Position numbers and translations under genes: made by a program. From NCBI GenBank assembly GCA_003353855.1, contig PIVS01000001.1, forward strand, positions 1 to 43,382: DNA of 43,382 nt, in the 5' to 3' direction. How positions within the stretch are numbered: position 1 is the stretch's first letter; each line of letters starts with the position of its first letter. This stretch comes from Desulfobacteraceae bacterium (GTDB lineage: Bacteria > Desulfobacterota > Desulfobacteria > Desulfobacterales > Desulfobacteraceae). This document shows, one piece after another, positions 8,958 through 20,180 of the stretch. The notes beneath the pieces are model-generated. The model did not search any database. It saw only the letters and a list, made by a program, of their open reading frames with translations, and had not been told where the DNA came from.

Positions 8958-11756
8958 ATGGATTATAAGAAAACACTGAACCTGCCTTCAACTAAATTTG
9001 CCATGAAGGCGAACCTTCCCCAGCGCGAGCCTGAAATGCTTAAGGAATGGGAACAAAATAAAATATATGAAAAGTTAAGGGAACAATCCAAAGATAAACC
9101 CAGCTTTATTCTCCATGACGGTCCTCCATACGCCAACGGGCATCTTCACATGGGCCATGCCCTTAATAAAGTGTTAAAAGATATCATTATCCGGTCCCGT
9201 CAAATGGCAGGATTCAATGCCCCCTATGTCCCTGGGTGGGACTGCCACGGCCTTCCCATTGAACATAATGTGGATAAGAAACTGGGCAAAAAGAAAAAAG
9301 AGATGACAGCGGTTCAGGTCAGGCAGGAATGCCGTTCCTATGCCGCCAAGTTTGTGGGTATCCAGAGGGATGAATTCAAGCGCTTCGGTGTGGCAGGGGA
9401 GTGGGATACCCCCTATCTGACCATGAATTATCCCTATGAGGCAAGGATTGCCAAAGAGTGCGGGGAGTTTGCCCTGTCAGGGGATATGTTCCTGGGAAAA
9501 AAACCCATTTACTGGTGCTGCAACTGCCAGACAGCACTGGCAGAGGCGGAGATTGAATACCATGACCATACCTCTCCTTCTATCTATGTGAAATTTCCCT
9601 TAAAAGATGATATTTCAAGCTTGATTCCGGGAGTTGGGGATGGGGCTGTTTCCATGGTCATCTGGACAACAACCCCATGGACCATTCCCGCCAACCTGGG
9701 GGTTTGTCTTCATCCTGATTTTGTTTATGCCGCTGTCAAAATTGAAGGCCACGGGGTGATTGTCCTGGCTAAAGAGATGGTGGAGCAGGTGATGCAGGCC
9801 CTGGAAATTGAAAATTACACCATCCTTGCCGATATTGCAGCCAGAGACCTTGAAAATAAAAAATGCACCCACCCCATCTATGACAGGGATTCTTTAATCA
9901 TTTTAGGGGACCATGTCACCCTTGAAGCTGGTACCGGTTGTGTTCATACGGCCCCGGGGCATGGCACAGACGATCATGTTGCGGGTAAGAGATACGGGTT
10001 GGAATGTTACTCTCCGGTGGAGGACAACGGGGTTTTTTCCAAGGATGTAAAATTGTTTGGCGGCCAGTTTATCTTCAAGGCCAACAAGGCCATCAATGAA
10101 GTTTTGGAAGAACGCAATGCATTGCTGAAAAATGAAAACCTGTCCCATTCCTATCCCCATTGCTGGCGGTGTAAAAAACCGGTTATTTACCGGGCCACTC
10201 CCCAATGGTTTATCTCCATGGATAAGATGGAACTGCGAAGGAAAACCCTTGAAGAAATCAATAATGTGCAGTGGATCCCATCCTGGGGCAGGGAAAGAAT
10301 CTATGCCATGATTGAAAACCGCCCGGACTGGTGTTTGTCCCGCCAGAGATCCTGGGGGGTTCCCATTCCGGTTTTCCATTGCAAAGATTGTAAAAAGGTC
10401 CATGTAACCCGGGAATCAGTGGACAAAATCCATGCTCTTTTTACCGAGCATTCCTCTGATATCTGGTTTGATAAAGAGGCCGATTTTCTCATGCCTGAAG
10501 GATCAACCTGTGAGGATTGCGGATCCACCTCCTTTACCAAGGATCATAATATCCTGGATGTCTGGTTTGATTCAGGTGTGAGCCATGCCGCGGTTCTTGA
10601 GGAAAGACAAGGACTTGCCCGTCCCGCCGACATGTATCTTGAAGGCAGTGACCAGCACAGGGGATGGTTTCATTCCTCTTTGCTCACAGGCGTTGGAAGG
10701 ACAGGGCATGCGCCCTATAAAGCAGTTCTTACCCATGGATTTGTGGTGGATGAGAACGGAAGGAAAATGTCCAAGTCCGTTGGCAATGTTGTGGCTCCTG
10801 ACACGGTAATCAAACAATACGGTGCCGATGTATTGAGACTGTGGGCAGCCTCTGCCGATTACCGTGGGGATGTGAGCATGTCCAATAACATTATCAAGCA
10901 ATTGTCCGATGCCTACCGCAGGATTCGAAATACCTGCAGGTTTATGCTGGGTAATTTTTCTGATTTTGATCTCACCCAAGATCTGCGGCCGGTGAACACC
11001 ATGTCAGAACTGGACAGGTTTATCCTTCACAGACTTCATGTGGTTGTGGAAAAAGCATTGGCAGCCTATGAAAACTATGAGTTCCACACCATTTACCATA
11101 CTTTGCACAATTTTTGTGTAAAGGATCTGTCCTCTTTTTACCTGGATATCATCAAGGACAGGTTGTATACCTCACCTTCCGCCGACCCCTTGAGGCGTGA
11201 TGCCCAGACTGTAATGGCAACTATTTTGGAATCGGTTGTAAAACTCATGGCCCCCATTCTGCCCTTTACGGCTGATGAGATCTATAAGCATATGCCCACT
11301 GGCAGCACCAAAAAAGAGAGCATCCACCTGGAGGATATGGTGGTGTTGAATGAAGAGTGGAAAGATGACTCCCTTGCTTCCAAGTGGGAAAACATCAGGA
11401 ACCTGAGGGCAGAAGTGACCAAGGCCCTGGAAGAGGCAAGGGCAGACAAACTCATCGGCCATCCCCTGGATGCAGCCCTTGAAATTTCACTGCCCGATTC
11501 TGAATTCAAGGAGCAGATGGAAAATCTGACGGAAAACCTGAATGATATTTTCATTGTTTCCGGTGCTGTCCTTGTGAATCGTGTGGATGGGGATGCCTAT
11601 CAGGGTAAGGAAATTGAAGGCCTTGTCATTAAAGTGAACAAGGCGAGCGGAGAAAAATGCGAGCGATGCTGGCGGTATGATACGGGTATTGGAGAAAATA
11701 CTGAGCATCCAACGGCTTGTCCTCGGTGTGCCGCAGCTTTGAAACTCATCCTCTAA
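8958..11756 (+). CDS. ileS: Isoleucine--tRNA ligase (type 1, C-terminal zinc-binding motif)
   Basis: 932 aa with the HIGH motif ([11 protein letters not shown]), KMSKS and a C-terminal CERCWRY...CPRC. GGAGG RBS. Confidence 0.97.
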   Translation: MDYKKTLNLPSTKFAMKANLPQREPEMLKEWEQNKIYEKLREQSKDKPSFILHDGPPYANGHLHMGHALNKVLKDIIIRSRQMAGFNAPYVPGWDCHGLPIEHNVDKKLGKKKKEMTAVQVRQECRSYAAKFVGIQRDEFKRFGVAGEWDTPYLTMNYPYEARIAKECGEFALSGDMFLGKKPIYWCCNCQTALAEAEIEYHDHTSPSIYVKFPLKDDISSLIPGVGDGAVSMVIWTTTPWTIPANLGVCLHPDFVYAAVKIEGHGVIVLAKEMVEQVMQALEIENYTILADIAARDLENKKCTHPIYDRDSLIILGDHVTLEAGTGCVHTAPGHGTDDHVAGKRYGLECYSPVEDNGVFSKDVKLFGGQFIFKANKAINEVLEERNALLKNENLSHSYPHCWRCKKPVIYRATPQWFISMDKMELRRKTLEEINNVQWIPSWGRERIYAMIENRPDWCLSRQRSWGVPIPVFHCKDCKKVHVTRESVDKIHALFTEHSSDIWFDKEADFLMPEGSTCEDCGSTSFTKDHNILDVWFDSGVSHAAVLEERQGLARPADMYLEGSDQHRGWFHSSLLTGVGRTGHAPYKAVLTHGFVVDENGRKMSKSVGNVVAPDTVIKQYGADVLRLWAASADYRGDVSMSNNIIKQLSDAYRRIRNTCRFMLGNFSDFDLTQDLRPVNTMSELDRFILHRLHVVVEKALAAYENYEFHTIYHTLHNFCVKDLSSFYLDIIKDRLYTSPSADPLRRDAQTVMATILESVVKLMAPILPFTADEIYKHMPTGSTKKESIHLEDMVVLNEEWKDDSLASKWENIRNLRAEVTKALEEARADKLIGHPLDAALEISLPDSEFKEQMENLTENLNDIFIVSGAVLVNRVDGDAYQGKEIEGLVIKVNKASGEKCERCWRYDTGIGENTEHPTACPRCAAALKLIL

Positions 11757-11768
11757 GGAAATGATTTT

Positions 11769-12257
11769 TTGGGAACAAAAGAGCTGATACGATTGATCCT
11801 GGTCAGCGGGGGCGTTGTCCTTGTTGACCAGGTGACAAAACAGATGATCACCATTCACCTGGCACTCCACGATTATATAGTCGTGATTGAAAATTTTTTT
11901 AATATCAACCACGTGTTGAATCCAGGCGGGGCCTTTGGGTTTTTTGCCAATGGTTCTCCCCTGGTGAGAAAATTTATTTTTCTCTTCCTTTCCTCCCTGG
12001 TTGCACTGTTTATCCTCTGGTTTTACAGAAAAGTTGCCAGGGAGCTTGTTTTTCTTTCCTTTGGACTGGCCCTGATTTTCGGGGGGGCTCTAGGCAATTT
12101 GATTGACCGGTTCAGATTTGGCAAGGTGGTGGATTTTTTAGATTTTTATATTGGTACAGCACACTGGCCTGCCTTTAATGTTGCTGACAGTGCAATCAGT
12201 ATCGGTATGGCCATTCTGATTTACCATGTGGTTTTAAATAAAATACCGGATTTATAA
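11769..12257 (+). CDS. lspA: Lipoprotein signal peptidase II
   Basis: TTG start 10 nt after the ileS stop. Motifs NPGGAFG, GGALGNLIDR, FNVADS. Conserved ileS-lspA synteny. Confidence 0.9.
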   Translation: MGTKELIRLILVSGGVVLVDQVTKQMITIHLALHDYIVVIENFFNINHVLNPGGAFGFFANGSPLVRKFIFLFLSSLVALFILWFYRKVARELVFLSFGLALIFGGALGNLIDRFRFGKVVDFLDFYIGTAHWPAFNVADSAISIGMAILIYHVVLNKIPDL

Positions 12258-12298
12258 GATCCGTTATTAAGATAATAATTAGATAAGATAAGGTTTGT

Positions 12299-13069
12299 AT
12301 GCATCCTATACTTTTGGATATCGGTTATATAAAATTGTATACCTATGGTCTTTTTATTGCCCTGGGTTTTATGGCGGCCGTTTGGTTTTCCAAGCGGAAT
12401 GCACGGTTTTACAACACCTCTGACCAGGTGATTTCAGATCTGTTCTTTGTGATCCTTTTGGCAAGCATTGTGGGAGCCAGATCTCTCTGGGTGCTCATTA
12501 ATTTTGATGCATACCACAATGATTTTTGGGAGATTTTTAAAATCTGGAATGGCGGGCTTGTTTTTTTCGGCGGATTTATTGCCGCTGTATCTGCCTGCAT
12601 TATTTTGTTAAAGATAAAAAAAATTCCCATTGCAAGAACAGCTGATATCATAGCTCCCGGTATTGCCCTGGGACATTCGATCGGCCGGCTGGGCTGTTTG
12701 TTTGCCGGCTGCTGTTATGGTAAAGTTTGTGACCTGCCCTTTGCCATAAAATTTACAAATCCTGCGGGGCTTGCTCCCTTGAATGTCTATTTGCACCCTA
12801 CTCAAATTTATATGGTTCTTTCAAATTTTTTTCTTTTTCTCATCTTGATGTGGTTGCAGAAAAGAAAAAAATTTCATGGCATGGTATTTTTATTTTATAT
12901 CATGCTCTATTCGGCTTTCAGGTCCGGGATTGAATTTTTCCGGGGAGATTTCAGGGGGGATTTTTTCTTTGAATTCCTGTCCTTGTCCCAGGGAATAGGC
13001 CTGGTTATCTCTATTTTCGCCCTGGGTCTGCTCATAAAATTGTCAAGATCAGCCAATGCCAATCATTAA
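12299..13069 (+). CDS. lgt: Phosphatidylglycerol--prolipoprotein diacylglyceryl transferase
   Basis: 256 aa membrane protein. Lgt blocks YGLFIALGF, GRLGC..AGCCYG, HPTQIY, EFFRGD. Confidence 0.92.
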   Translation: MHPILLDIGYIKLYTYGLFIALGFMAAVWFSKRNARFYNTSDQVISDLFFVILLASIVGARSLWVLINFDAYHNDFWEIFKIWNGGLVFFGGFIAAVSACIILLKIKKIPIARTADIIAPGIALGHSIGRLGCLFAGCCYGKVCDLPFAIKFTNPAGLAPLNVYLHPTQIYMVLSNFFLFLILMWLQKRKKFHGMVFLFYIMLYSAFRSGIEFFRGDFRGDFFFEFLSLSQGIGLVISIFALGLLIKLSRSANANH

Positions 13070-14357
13070 ATACAATAGTCTTGACGATTACCTGGGAACC
13101 ATGTCCCCTGACGCAGGGGCTAACGTTTTTTTGATCTGCGGCGAGGCGTTTCTAGTTAAAGAGGCATTTAATATCTTGTCTGCCGCTCTGCTCCGGGATG
13201 TGAACCGTGAATTTGGCCTTGACCTCCTTGAGGGCAGTACCACTTCCATGGGGGACATCGTTGAACGGACAACCACCTTTTCCTTTTTACAATCCAGAAA
13301 GGTGATTGCCGTTAAAAATGCGCCCCTGTTCTCAGCCGGGGGGGCATCCTCTGAAATTTCCTATTCCAAAACAGACATGGATCTTCTTGCCGGTTTGATT
13401 GAAAAAGGCATTCCTGAAAAACATAGTCTTGTGATGACCTGTTCCAGCCTGGACAAGAGGAAAAAGGTGTTTAAAAGTATTCAGACCCACGGGATAGTCA
13501 TTGACTGCACCGTATCCCAGGGTGTCAGGAAGGCTGACCTGGATGAGCAGAGGGGGGTGCTCCAGGAGATTGCCAAAAACCTGTTGGCAAAATCTAAAAA
13601 GCGAATGGATGCAGCGGCGTTTAATTTTCTTGTGGATCAAACCGGTTTCAATCCGGAACTCTTTGCCCGGAATATCGAAAAATTAACGGCCTATGCGGGA
13701 GCCAATCTTGTGATTGGAATCAATGATATAAAAGCCGTGGTGATAAGGGACAAAAAAGATCCTATTTTCAGCCTGACCAATGCTTTGCTGGAAAAGGATG
13801 CTGCCAAAACATTGATTGTTGTGTCTTCTCTGTTTAAAGCAGGGTTTCACCCCCTCCAAATTTTAAAATCCCTTGAGAACCAGGTGCGAAAACTCTTGAT
13901 GATAAAAAGCTTTATCCTGTCATTTTCAAATATCAAAGACCCCCATCATTTTAAAAGAATGAATTTTAACGGATTTAAGCAGCAGATGATGCCAATGATA
14001 CTTTCCTATGATGAAAAGATCAAAAAGGCGATAGAAGAGCGGGATTCCTTTTTGTCCTCTGCAGCATCAGATGGTAAGGCAGCTGGAAAAGAAAAGAAAA
14101 AGGTCATACCCGCCGACCTGCTTCTTGCTCCCAATCCCAAAAGTCCCTACCCGGTATTTTTGATTTTTCAAAAATCGGAAAATTTTTCCCTGAATGAGTT
14201 AAAGGATGCTATGATTGGACTGGGTGATCTGGATTATCAATTGAAATCATCGCCTATTGAAGCCAATATCGGCATTGAAAATTTTATAATCACCATCTGC
14301 AGTAAAGGAGGGTCTTCCCATGCAGCGGAAAACCAAAATAGTCGCCACTATCTCTAA
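13056..14357 (+). CDS. holA: Probable DNA polymerase III delta subunit (HolA-like), unusually long
   Basis: The N-terminal pattern (VFLICGEAFLVKEAF) and the overall helical layout resemble HolA. At 433 aa it is about 100 aa longer than typical, with a Lys/Ala-rich insert. Overlaps lgt by 14 nt and pyk by 38 nt. Recognition is weaker than for the neighbours. Confidence 0.55.
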   Translation: MPIIKYNSLDDYLGTMSPDAGANVFLICGEAFLVKEAFNILSAALLRDVNREFGLDLLEGSTTSMGDIVERTTTFSFLQSRKVIAVKNAPLFSAGGASSEISYSKTDMDLLAGLIEKGIPEKHSLVMTCSSLDKRKKVFKSIQTHGIVIDCTVSQGVRKADLDEQRGVLQEIAKNLLAKSKKRMDAAAFNFLVDQTGFNPELFARNIEKLTAYAGANLVIGINDIKAVVIRDKKDPIFSLTNALLEKDAAKTLIVVSSLFKAGFHPLQILKSLENQVRKLLMIKSFILSFSNIKDPHHFKRMNFNGFKQQMMPMILSYDEKIKKAIEERDSFLSSAASDGKAAGKEKKKVIPADLLLAPNPKSPYPVFLIFQKSENFSLNELKDAMIGLGDLDYQLKSSPIEANIGIENFIITICSKGGSSHAAENQNSRHYL

Positions 14358-15735
14358 CTTAAATTGTTCCGCTGATTTTATCGGCAGGCTATACAAGGCA
14401 GGGATGAATGTTGTCCGTTTGAACACTGCCCACATGACACATGAAGATGCCCTTGAGGTGATTGCCAACACCCGCAGTGTTTCCGATAAAATTGGTTTAC
14501 TTCTTGACACCAAGGGTCCTGAGATCAGAACCTGTGATGCCCAAAAACCTTTGAGCGTTAAACATGGGGATTATATCCGCATCAAAGGGGCACCTACTGA
14601 AATTTCCAGGGAGGATGTGATCTGTGTCTCCTATGAACATTTTGTCAAGGACGTTCCCATGGGCAGTTCTATCCTCATTGATGACGGCTATATTGCCCTG
14701 GCAGTCATGGAAAAAGATGACCAGTATCTTATTTGCCATGTGGAAAATGACGGGGTCATCCATGCCAGAAAGAGTATAAATATCCCCTCGGTCCATGTTA
14801 AATTGCCGGCTCTCAGTGAAAAGGATAAGGGGTTTATTAAATTTGCAGCAGACAATGATCTTGATTTTATTGCCCACTCCTTTGTTAGAAATAAAGAGGA
14901 TGTCATTGCGGTCCAGAATATCCTGGATAAAAAGAAATCTCCCATTAAAATAATCGCAAAAATTGAAAATGCCCAGGGTGTGGAAAATTTGGATGAGATT
15001 ATAGACTATGCCTATGGGGTTATGATTGCCAGGGGGGATCTTGCCGTGGAAATCCCCACGGAACAAATTCCTCTGATCCAGAAACAGATTGTCCAGACCT
15101 GTATTGAAAAAAGAAGACCCGTGATCGTAGCCACCCAGATGCTCCATTCCATGATAGAATCCCCAAGGCCCACAAGGGCAGAGGTATCTGACGTGGCCAA
15201 TGCCTGCCTGGATCATACCGATGCCCTGATGCTGTCCGGGGAAACAGCCAATGGCAAGTACCCGGAAGTTGCAGTAAGAACCATGGCCAAGATTGCCGAA
15301 GAGGTAGAGGATAAACGGAGCAGTTTTGTTGATGTTCCCTATTCATTGGATAACAAGGTAACCGCCTACCTTGCCAAAGCAGCAGTAAAAGCTGCCCTTC
15401 GCCTGAATACCAAGGGCATTGTGGCAGATTCCCTCACCGGCACCTCCATTCTTGCTTTGGCTGCCTACCGGGGGGACAATTCCATTTATGCCCAGGTTTA
15501 TGACCACCGGGTGATGCGGATGCTTTCCCTTTCTTTTGGGGTTGTCGCAGACTATATTCCCATGGATATCACCACGACAGAGCCCCTTAAAAAGTCCATT
15601 TGCCGCCTCATTGAGGAAAAGCAATTTGATGATGACACCCTTATTATTGTACTTGCCGGCAGCTTTGGTGCAAAACACGGGGCATCCTATATTGAAATAA
15701 GCACCGCCGGTACCCTGAAGGAAAAATGCAGATAA
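14320..15735 (+). CDS. pyk: Pyruvate kinase
   Basis: RKTKIVATIS, MNVVRLNTAH, DTKGPEIR, MIARGDLAVEIP, ATQMLHSM, a LSGETA-type block. Confidence 0.93.
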   Translation: MQRKTKIVATISNLNCSADFIGRLYKAGMNVVRLNTAHMTHEDALEVIANTRSVSDKIGLLLDTKGPEIRTCDAQKPLSVKHGDYIRIKGAPTEISREDVICVSYEHFVKDVPMGSSILIDDGYIALAVMEKDDQYLICHVENDGVIHARKSINIPSVHVKLPALSEKDKGFIKFAADNDLDFIAHSFVRNKEDVIAVQNILDKKKSPIKIIAKIENAQGVENLDEIIDYAYGVMIARGDLAVEIPTEQIPLIQKQIVQTCIEKRRPVIVATQMLHSMIESPRPTRAEVSDVANACLDHTDALMLSGETANGKYPEVAVRTMAKIAEEVEDKRSSFVDVPYSLDNKVTAYLAKAAVKAALRLNTKGIVADSLTGTSILALAAYRGDNSIYAQVYDHRVMRMLSLSFGVVADYIPMDITTTEPLKKSICRLIEEKQFDDDTLIIVLAGSFGAKHGASYIEISTAGTLKEKCR

Positions 15736-15771
15736 AGCTTACCCCCACCAAGAACTGAAAAGAGGCAGGTG

Positions 15772-16692
15772 TCAGGTATTGAAAAGATCCTGGGCCTTAT
15801 AGGAACTTCTGACAAAGGGACCGGCTGCCACCCTGCGAAAACCGATTTTTCGGGCTGTCAGCTCCAATTGTTTGAATTCTTCCGGCGAATAATATTTTTT
15901 AACCTCCAGATGCTGCCGCGTGGGTTGAAGATACTGACCGATGGTCAAAATATCGCATCCATGCTCAAAAAGATCGGTCATGGTTTGTTCAAGCTCTGCA
16001 ATGGTTTCTCCGAGTCCAACCATGATACCGGATTTGGCAGGCATTAAAGGATCCATGGTTTTGACGTTTCTTAAAAGGTCCAAAGATCGTTGGTATATAG
16101 CTTCGGGCCGGACAATTTCATAGAGGGAGGCCACGGTTTCAATATTGTGGTTAATTACATCCGGTTTTGCATATACAATTGTCCCCAAGGCCTTAATATC
16201 ACCGAGTAAATCAGGTATTAATACTTCGACTTTCATTCCATTGAATCCCTCTTTTTCCCAGGTGTTTTGATCGATTTCCCCTGGGGCGGGGTGGAACCTC
16301 TTAATTGCTTTTATGACAGCGGCAAAATGGGCAGCCCCTCCGTCGGGAAGGTCATCCCGGGTCACCGAGGTTACCACCACATATCGTAACCCAAGTTCCT
16401 GGGCAGCCCTTGCCACCCCCATGGGTTCCTCTGGGTCCACGGGCAAAGGAGGGTTTGCTGTGACATTGCAAAACCTGCAATGCCGGGTGCATTCAGCTCC
16501 CAGAATCATGAAGGTGGAGGTGTCCTTGGAAAAGCACTCAAACATATTGGGGCAGTTGGCTTCCTGGCAGACAGTGGTAAGGTTGGCACTTGAAAGAAGT
16601 TTTTTTACCCGCTGGTAATCGCTTCCCCGGGGCAGAGGCTTTTTCAGCCAGGCAGGTTTGCCTTTTTTGGACTCGGTTTTACACATGATCAC
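15772..16692 (-). CDS. lipA: Lipoyl synthase (radical SAM)
   Basis: N-terminal auxiliary cluster motif CQEANCPNMFEC and the radical-SAM motif CTRHCRFC. Overlaps lipB by 4 nt. Confidence 0.93.
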   Translation of the reverse strand: MIMCKTESKKGKPAWLKKPLPRGSDYQRVKKLLSSANLTTVCQEANCPNMFECFSKDTSTFMILGAECTRHCRFCNVTANPPLPVDPEEPMGVARAAQELGLRYVVVTSVTRDDLPDGGAAHFAAVIKAIKRFHPAPGEIDQNTWEKEGFNGMKVEVLIPDLLGDIKALGTIVYAKPDVINHNIETVASLYEIVRPEAIYQRSLDLLRNVKTMDPLMPAKSGIMVGLGETIAELEQTMTDLFEHGCDILTIGQYLQPTRQHLEVKKYYSPEEFKQLELTARKIGFRRVAAGPFVRSSYKAQDLFNT

Positions 16693-17399
16693 TCCCTGGT
16701 GATAGAGATATCAAATATGGTTGAAAAATGATGACAAAATAATTGGCGGACCCTTTCCATGAGATCTTTATTTTGTGTGGCGTCTGTATCCTTTTCCATG
16801 GCAATGGAGGTAATGGTCACATTTTCGAGGCCGCAGGCATTGATCCAGGAAAAGGGGGTGAGATCCGGGCAGACATTTAACGCCAGACCGTGGATGGATA
16901 TTCCTTTTTTGATGGAAATTCCTACGCTGCCGATTTTTTTTGTGCCCACCCAAAGGCCGTGGTTTTGCGGGTCCCGATCAGCCGTGATTCCAAAGTCTAA
17001 AACCGTTTGTTTCATGATCTCTTCCATGCCGTATACAAAATCTGCCACGCCAATTTTTGCCCGGGTAAGATCGATAATGGGATATAGAACAGCTTGGCCG
17101 GGCCCGTGGAAGGTGATATTTCCCCCCCGGTCTGTCTGGATGATTTCAATTTCCCTGGAGGATAAAAAATCTTCGGATACCACCAAATTTTCTTTCCCCC
17201 CACGTCGCCCCAGGGTAAACACCCGTGGATGCTGAACATAGAAGAGCCGGTCCGGTTCTGAAGGGTTTTCTATTTTGGATTTCAGGGTGGTGATCTGAAG
17301 GTCCAGCGCTCTTTTGTATTCCAATGTGTTTAAATTGGAATACAAGCAAGAGCGCTGGTCTGGTCTGTCCAGGTTTGTCTTATCTACCCCCTCAGGCAT
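16689..17399 (-). CDS. lipB: Octanoyl/lipoyl transferase
   Basis: LipB blocks QHPRVFTLGR, DRGGNITFHGPGQ, KIGSVGI. Overlaps the gcvPB 3' end by 16 nt. Confidence 0.88.
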   Translation of the reverse strand: MPEGVDKTNLDRPDQRSCLYSNLNTLEYKRALDLQITTLKSKIENPSEPDRLFYVQHPRVFTLGRRGGKENLVVSEDFLSSREIEIIQTDRGGNITFHGPGQAVLYPIIDLTRAKIGVADFVYGMEEIMKQTVLDFGITADRDPQNHGLWVGTKKIGSVGISIKKGISIHGLALNVCPDLTPFSWINACGLENVTITSIAMEKDTDATQNKDLMERVRQLFCHHFSTIFDISITRE

Positions 17400-18841
17400 G
17401 GCTTCCTTGCGGCAGCAACCTCATCAAGACGGGTCACCTTAGTCAGAAGCGGCGCGTTCTTCAGCAGGTCAGGATTTTCTTTTGCCTCTGCTGCAATGGC
17501 TTTCACCGCATCAATGAACTGGTCGATATCTTCCTTTGACTCGGTTTCCGTGGGTTCCACCATAAAGGCTGCGTCCACAACCAGAGGAAAGTAGACCGTG
17601 GGCGGATGAAATCCATAGTCCAGCAGGCGCTTGGCCATGTCCATGGTGGTGACATGGTTTTCTTTCTGATATTTGTCGTTAAACACGCATTCATGCATGC
17701 AGGGACGGTCATAGGGCAGGTTCAGGGTGCCCCTGAGGCTTTCCTTAATATAATTGGCATTGAGAACGGCCAGCTGCGAGGCCCGGCGAAGTCCTTCTCC
17801 GCCCATGGTGAGAATATAGGCATAGGCCCTTACCATGATGCCGAAATGACCGTAAAAGGTGTGCATTTTGCCTATGCTGTCAGGGCAGTCAGTAACAAAT
17901 TTATAGGTGTCCAATTCCTTTTCGACTCTGGGAACAGGTAAAAAGGGAATTAGTTCCTTAACAACCCCGACAGGGCCGGACCCTGGTCCTCCACCGCCAT
18001 GGGGGGTGGAAAAGGTTTTATGGAGGTTCAGATGAAGTACGTCAATGCCGAGATCTCCGGGTTTGACTATTCCCATGATGGCATTCATGTTGGCGCCATC
18101 CCCATATACAAGTCCGCCCTTTGCATGGACAATGTCGCAGATCTCCCGGATATTTTCTTCAAAGAGACCCAGGGTGTTGGGGTTGGTGATCATGATACCG
18201 GCGGTGTCTTCATCCATTACCGCTGCCACGGTTGCAGGTTCCAGAATTCCCTTTTCTCCGGATTTAACATTTATTGATTCATACCCGCACAGGGAGGCCG
18301 ATGCCGGGTTGGTCCCGTGGGCCGTGTCAGGAATAATGATTTTGGATCGCTGTTTGCCCTTTTTGGCGTGAAAGGCATGGATCATGAGCATGCCGGCAAG
18401 TTCTCCGTGGGCGCCGGCTGCAGGCTGGAGTGTCACTGCGGGAAATCCTGTGATTTCTCCAAGGGCCTGTTCCAGGTCATGCATGAGCTTTAGAGCACCC
18501 TGGGAAAATTCTTCTCCCACCAGGGGATGGGCGCCGGCAAATCCCTGGCGGGCGGCCTGAACTTCATTGGTTTTTGGGTTGTATTTCATGGTACAGGACC
18601 CCAGGGGGTACATGCCCGAGTCAACCCCAAAATTCCATTGGGACAGGCGGGTATAGTGTCTGACCACATCCAGCTCCGAGAGCTGGGGGAGATCTGGCGC
18701 ATTTCCTGTAAGGCTTGCGGCAAGTTCTGCCCGTTCAACATCTGCCTTGGGAAGGGAGACGGCACACCGGCCCTCCCGGCTTTTTTCCCAGAGCTGGGGC
18801 TCATTGAAAATAAGGCCTTTGGTTCCTGGCTGCTTATTCAT
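17384..18841 (-). CDS. gcvPB: Glycine dehydrogenase (decarboxylating) subunit 2
   Basis: 485 aa. PLP-lysine region LNLHKTFSTPHGGGGPG. The start ATG shares one base with the gcvPA stop (TAATG). Confidence 0.93.
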   Translation of the reverse strand: MNKQPGTKGLIFNEPQLWEKSREGRCAVSLPKADVERAELAASLTGNAPDLPQLSELDVVRHYTRLSQWNFGVDSGMYPLGSCTMKYNPKTNEVQAARQGFAGAHPLVGEEFSQGALKLMHDLEQALGEITGFPAVTLQPAAGAHGELAGMLMIHAFHAKKGKQRSKIIIPDTAHGTNPASASLCGYESINVKSGEKGILEPATVAAVMDEDTAGIMITNPNTLGLFEENIREICDIVHAKGGLVYGDGANMNAIMGIVKPGDLGIDVLHLNLHKTFSTPHGGGGPGSGPVGVVKELIPFLPVPRVEKELDTYKFVTDCPDSIGKMHTFYGHFGIMVRAYAYILTMGGEGLRRASQLAVLNANYIKESLRGTLNLPYDRPCMHECVFNDKYQKENHVTTMDMAKRLLDYGFHPPTVYFPLVVDAAFMVEPTETESKEDIDQFIDAVKAIAAEAKENPDLLKNAPLLTKVTRLDEVAAARKPCLRG

Positions 18842-20175
18842 TATTGCACCTCCTTGGCCAATTGATCTATATCGTTTTTGGACACCTTTTCCGTGGCACA
18901 GAAAAGATAATGGTCTTTTAATTCAGGATAATAGGGTTCAAGATCAATCCCGGCAAAAATACATTGGTTGCGGATCAGGTCTGCTCTTTTTTCTTTGAAT
19001 CCCTTGGGTGCTTTCAGCACGAATTCATTGAAGAAGGGGGAATCAAATACTGATTCAAATCCTGCATTTTCAAGACAGGATTTCAGGTAAACGGCTTTAT
19101 CATGGTTTTGCTGGGCGATTTCACGGATACCGATTTTGCCCACCGTGGCCAAGTACATGGCTGCCGTCATGGCATTGAGGCCATTGTTTGAGCAGATGTT
19201 GGAAGAGGCTTTTTCTCTTTTGATATGCTGTTCCCGTGTTGCCAGGGTCAGAACATATCCATCCTCTCCATTAGCATCCTTTGTTTTGCCGATGAAGCGG
19301 CCGGGCAGGGTTCTCATTAGTTTTTTTGTGCCGGCCAAAAGTCCCAGGCCGGGTCCACCGAATGTCTTGGCAATACCAAGGCTCTGGCCCTCACCGGCAA
19401 CAAGATCGGCACCGCAAAAGCCAGGGCTCTTGAGCAGTCCATAGGCCAGGCTTTCCGTAAAAGAGGCGATGAACAGGATACCTTTGCTGTCAGCAATGGC
19501 TTTAAAAGCGCTTAAATCTTCTATATTTCCTAAAAAGTTCGGAGATTGAACCGCCACACCGGCAATACCTTCCAATGACCCAAGGGCGGCAGCATCGGTG
19601 AGTCCTTCTTTGGTTCGGGGAATTTGAACTATTTCATATCCTGTGGGACGCAGATAGGTTTCGATGATCTTCAGGTGGCTGGGGTGGACCAGGGAAGAGA
19701 CCGCTATTTTATTGGATTTTTTGTCTTTCCTCAAGGCAATCAATGCACATTCGGCAAGAGCCGTGCCGCAGTCATAGTGGGAGGCCGTGGCAATATCCAT
19801 CCCAAGAAGTTCCGTGATCATTGTCTGGAATTCATAGATGCCCTGGAGGGTCCCCTGGCTAACTTCCGGCTGATAGGGGGTATAGGCCGTGGCAAATTCA
19901 GACCGTGACACCAGATAGGGCACTATGGAGGGAATATAATGGTCATAGGATCCTCCACCGATAAAACATTTATAATCCTTGCAGGCAATATTGGCAGATG
20001 CCAGGGTTTCCATGTGGGAATCCAGGTCCCATTCACTCATGGCTTCAGGGAGGTTGAGGCCGCCTTTAGTCTGTAATGCATCGGGTATGGTGTTAAATAA
20101 AGCATCTATGGATGGGTGGCCGCTTTTGGCCAGCATCTCATCGATATCCTCTTTGGTATGGGGAAGATAGCGCAT
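18841..20175 (-). CDS. gcvPA: Glycine dehydrogenase (decarboxylating) subunit 1
   Basis: 444 aa. MRYLPHT..., FIGGGSYDHYIPS, TPYQPEVSQG blocks typical of split P-protein subunit 1. Confidence 0.93.
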   Translation of the reverse strand: MRYLPHTKEDIDEMLAKSGHPSIDALFNTIPDALQTKGGLNLPEAMSEWDLDSHMETLASANIACKDYKCFIGGGSYDHYIPSIVPYLVSRSEFATAYTPYQPEVSQGTLQGIYEFQTMITELLGMDIATASHYDCGTALAECALIALRKDKKSNKIAVSSLVHPSHLKIIETYLRPTGYEIVQIPRTKEGLTDAAALGSLEGIAGVAVQSPNFLGNIEDLSAFKAIADSKGILFIASFTESLAYGLLKSPGFCGADLVAGEGQSLGIAKTFGGPGLGLLAGTKKLMRTLPGRFIGKTKDANGEDGYVLTLATREQHIKREKASSNICSNNGLNAMTAAMYLATVGKIGIREIAQQNHDKAVYLKSCLENAGFESVFDSPFFNEFVLKAPKGFKEKRADLIRNQCIFAGIDLEPYYPELKDHYLFCATEKVSKNDIDQLAKEVQ

Positions 20176-20180
20176 GGCAT

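Noticed and set aside
14497-15216. 239-aa minus-strand ORF inside pyk. Similar long antisense ORFs occur inside ileS (9903..10403, 10572..10979), gcvT (20460..21002), lpd (22500..22976, 23001..23456), lipB (16759..17235) and the CaCA gene (35249..35905).
   Set aside because: They lie entirely antisense to strongly recognisable genes. Their translations are low-complexity or unrecognisable, and they lack RBS context. They are typical shadow ORFs.
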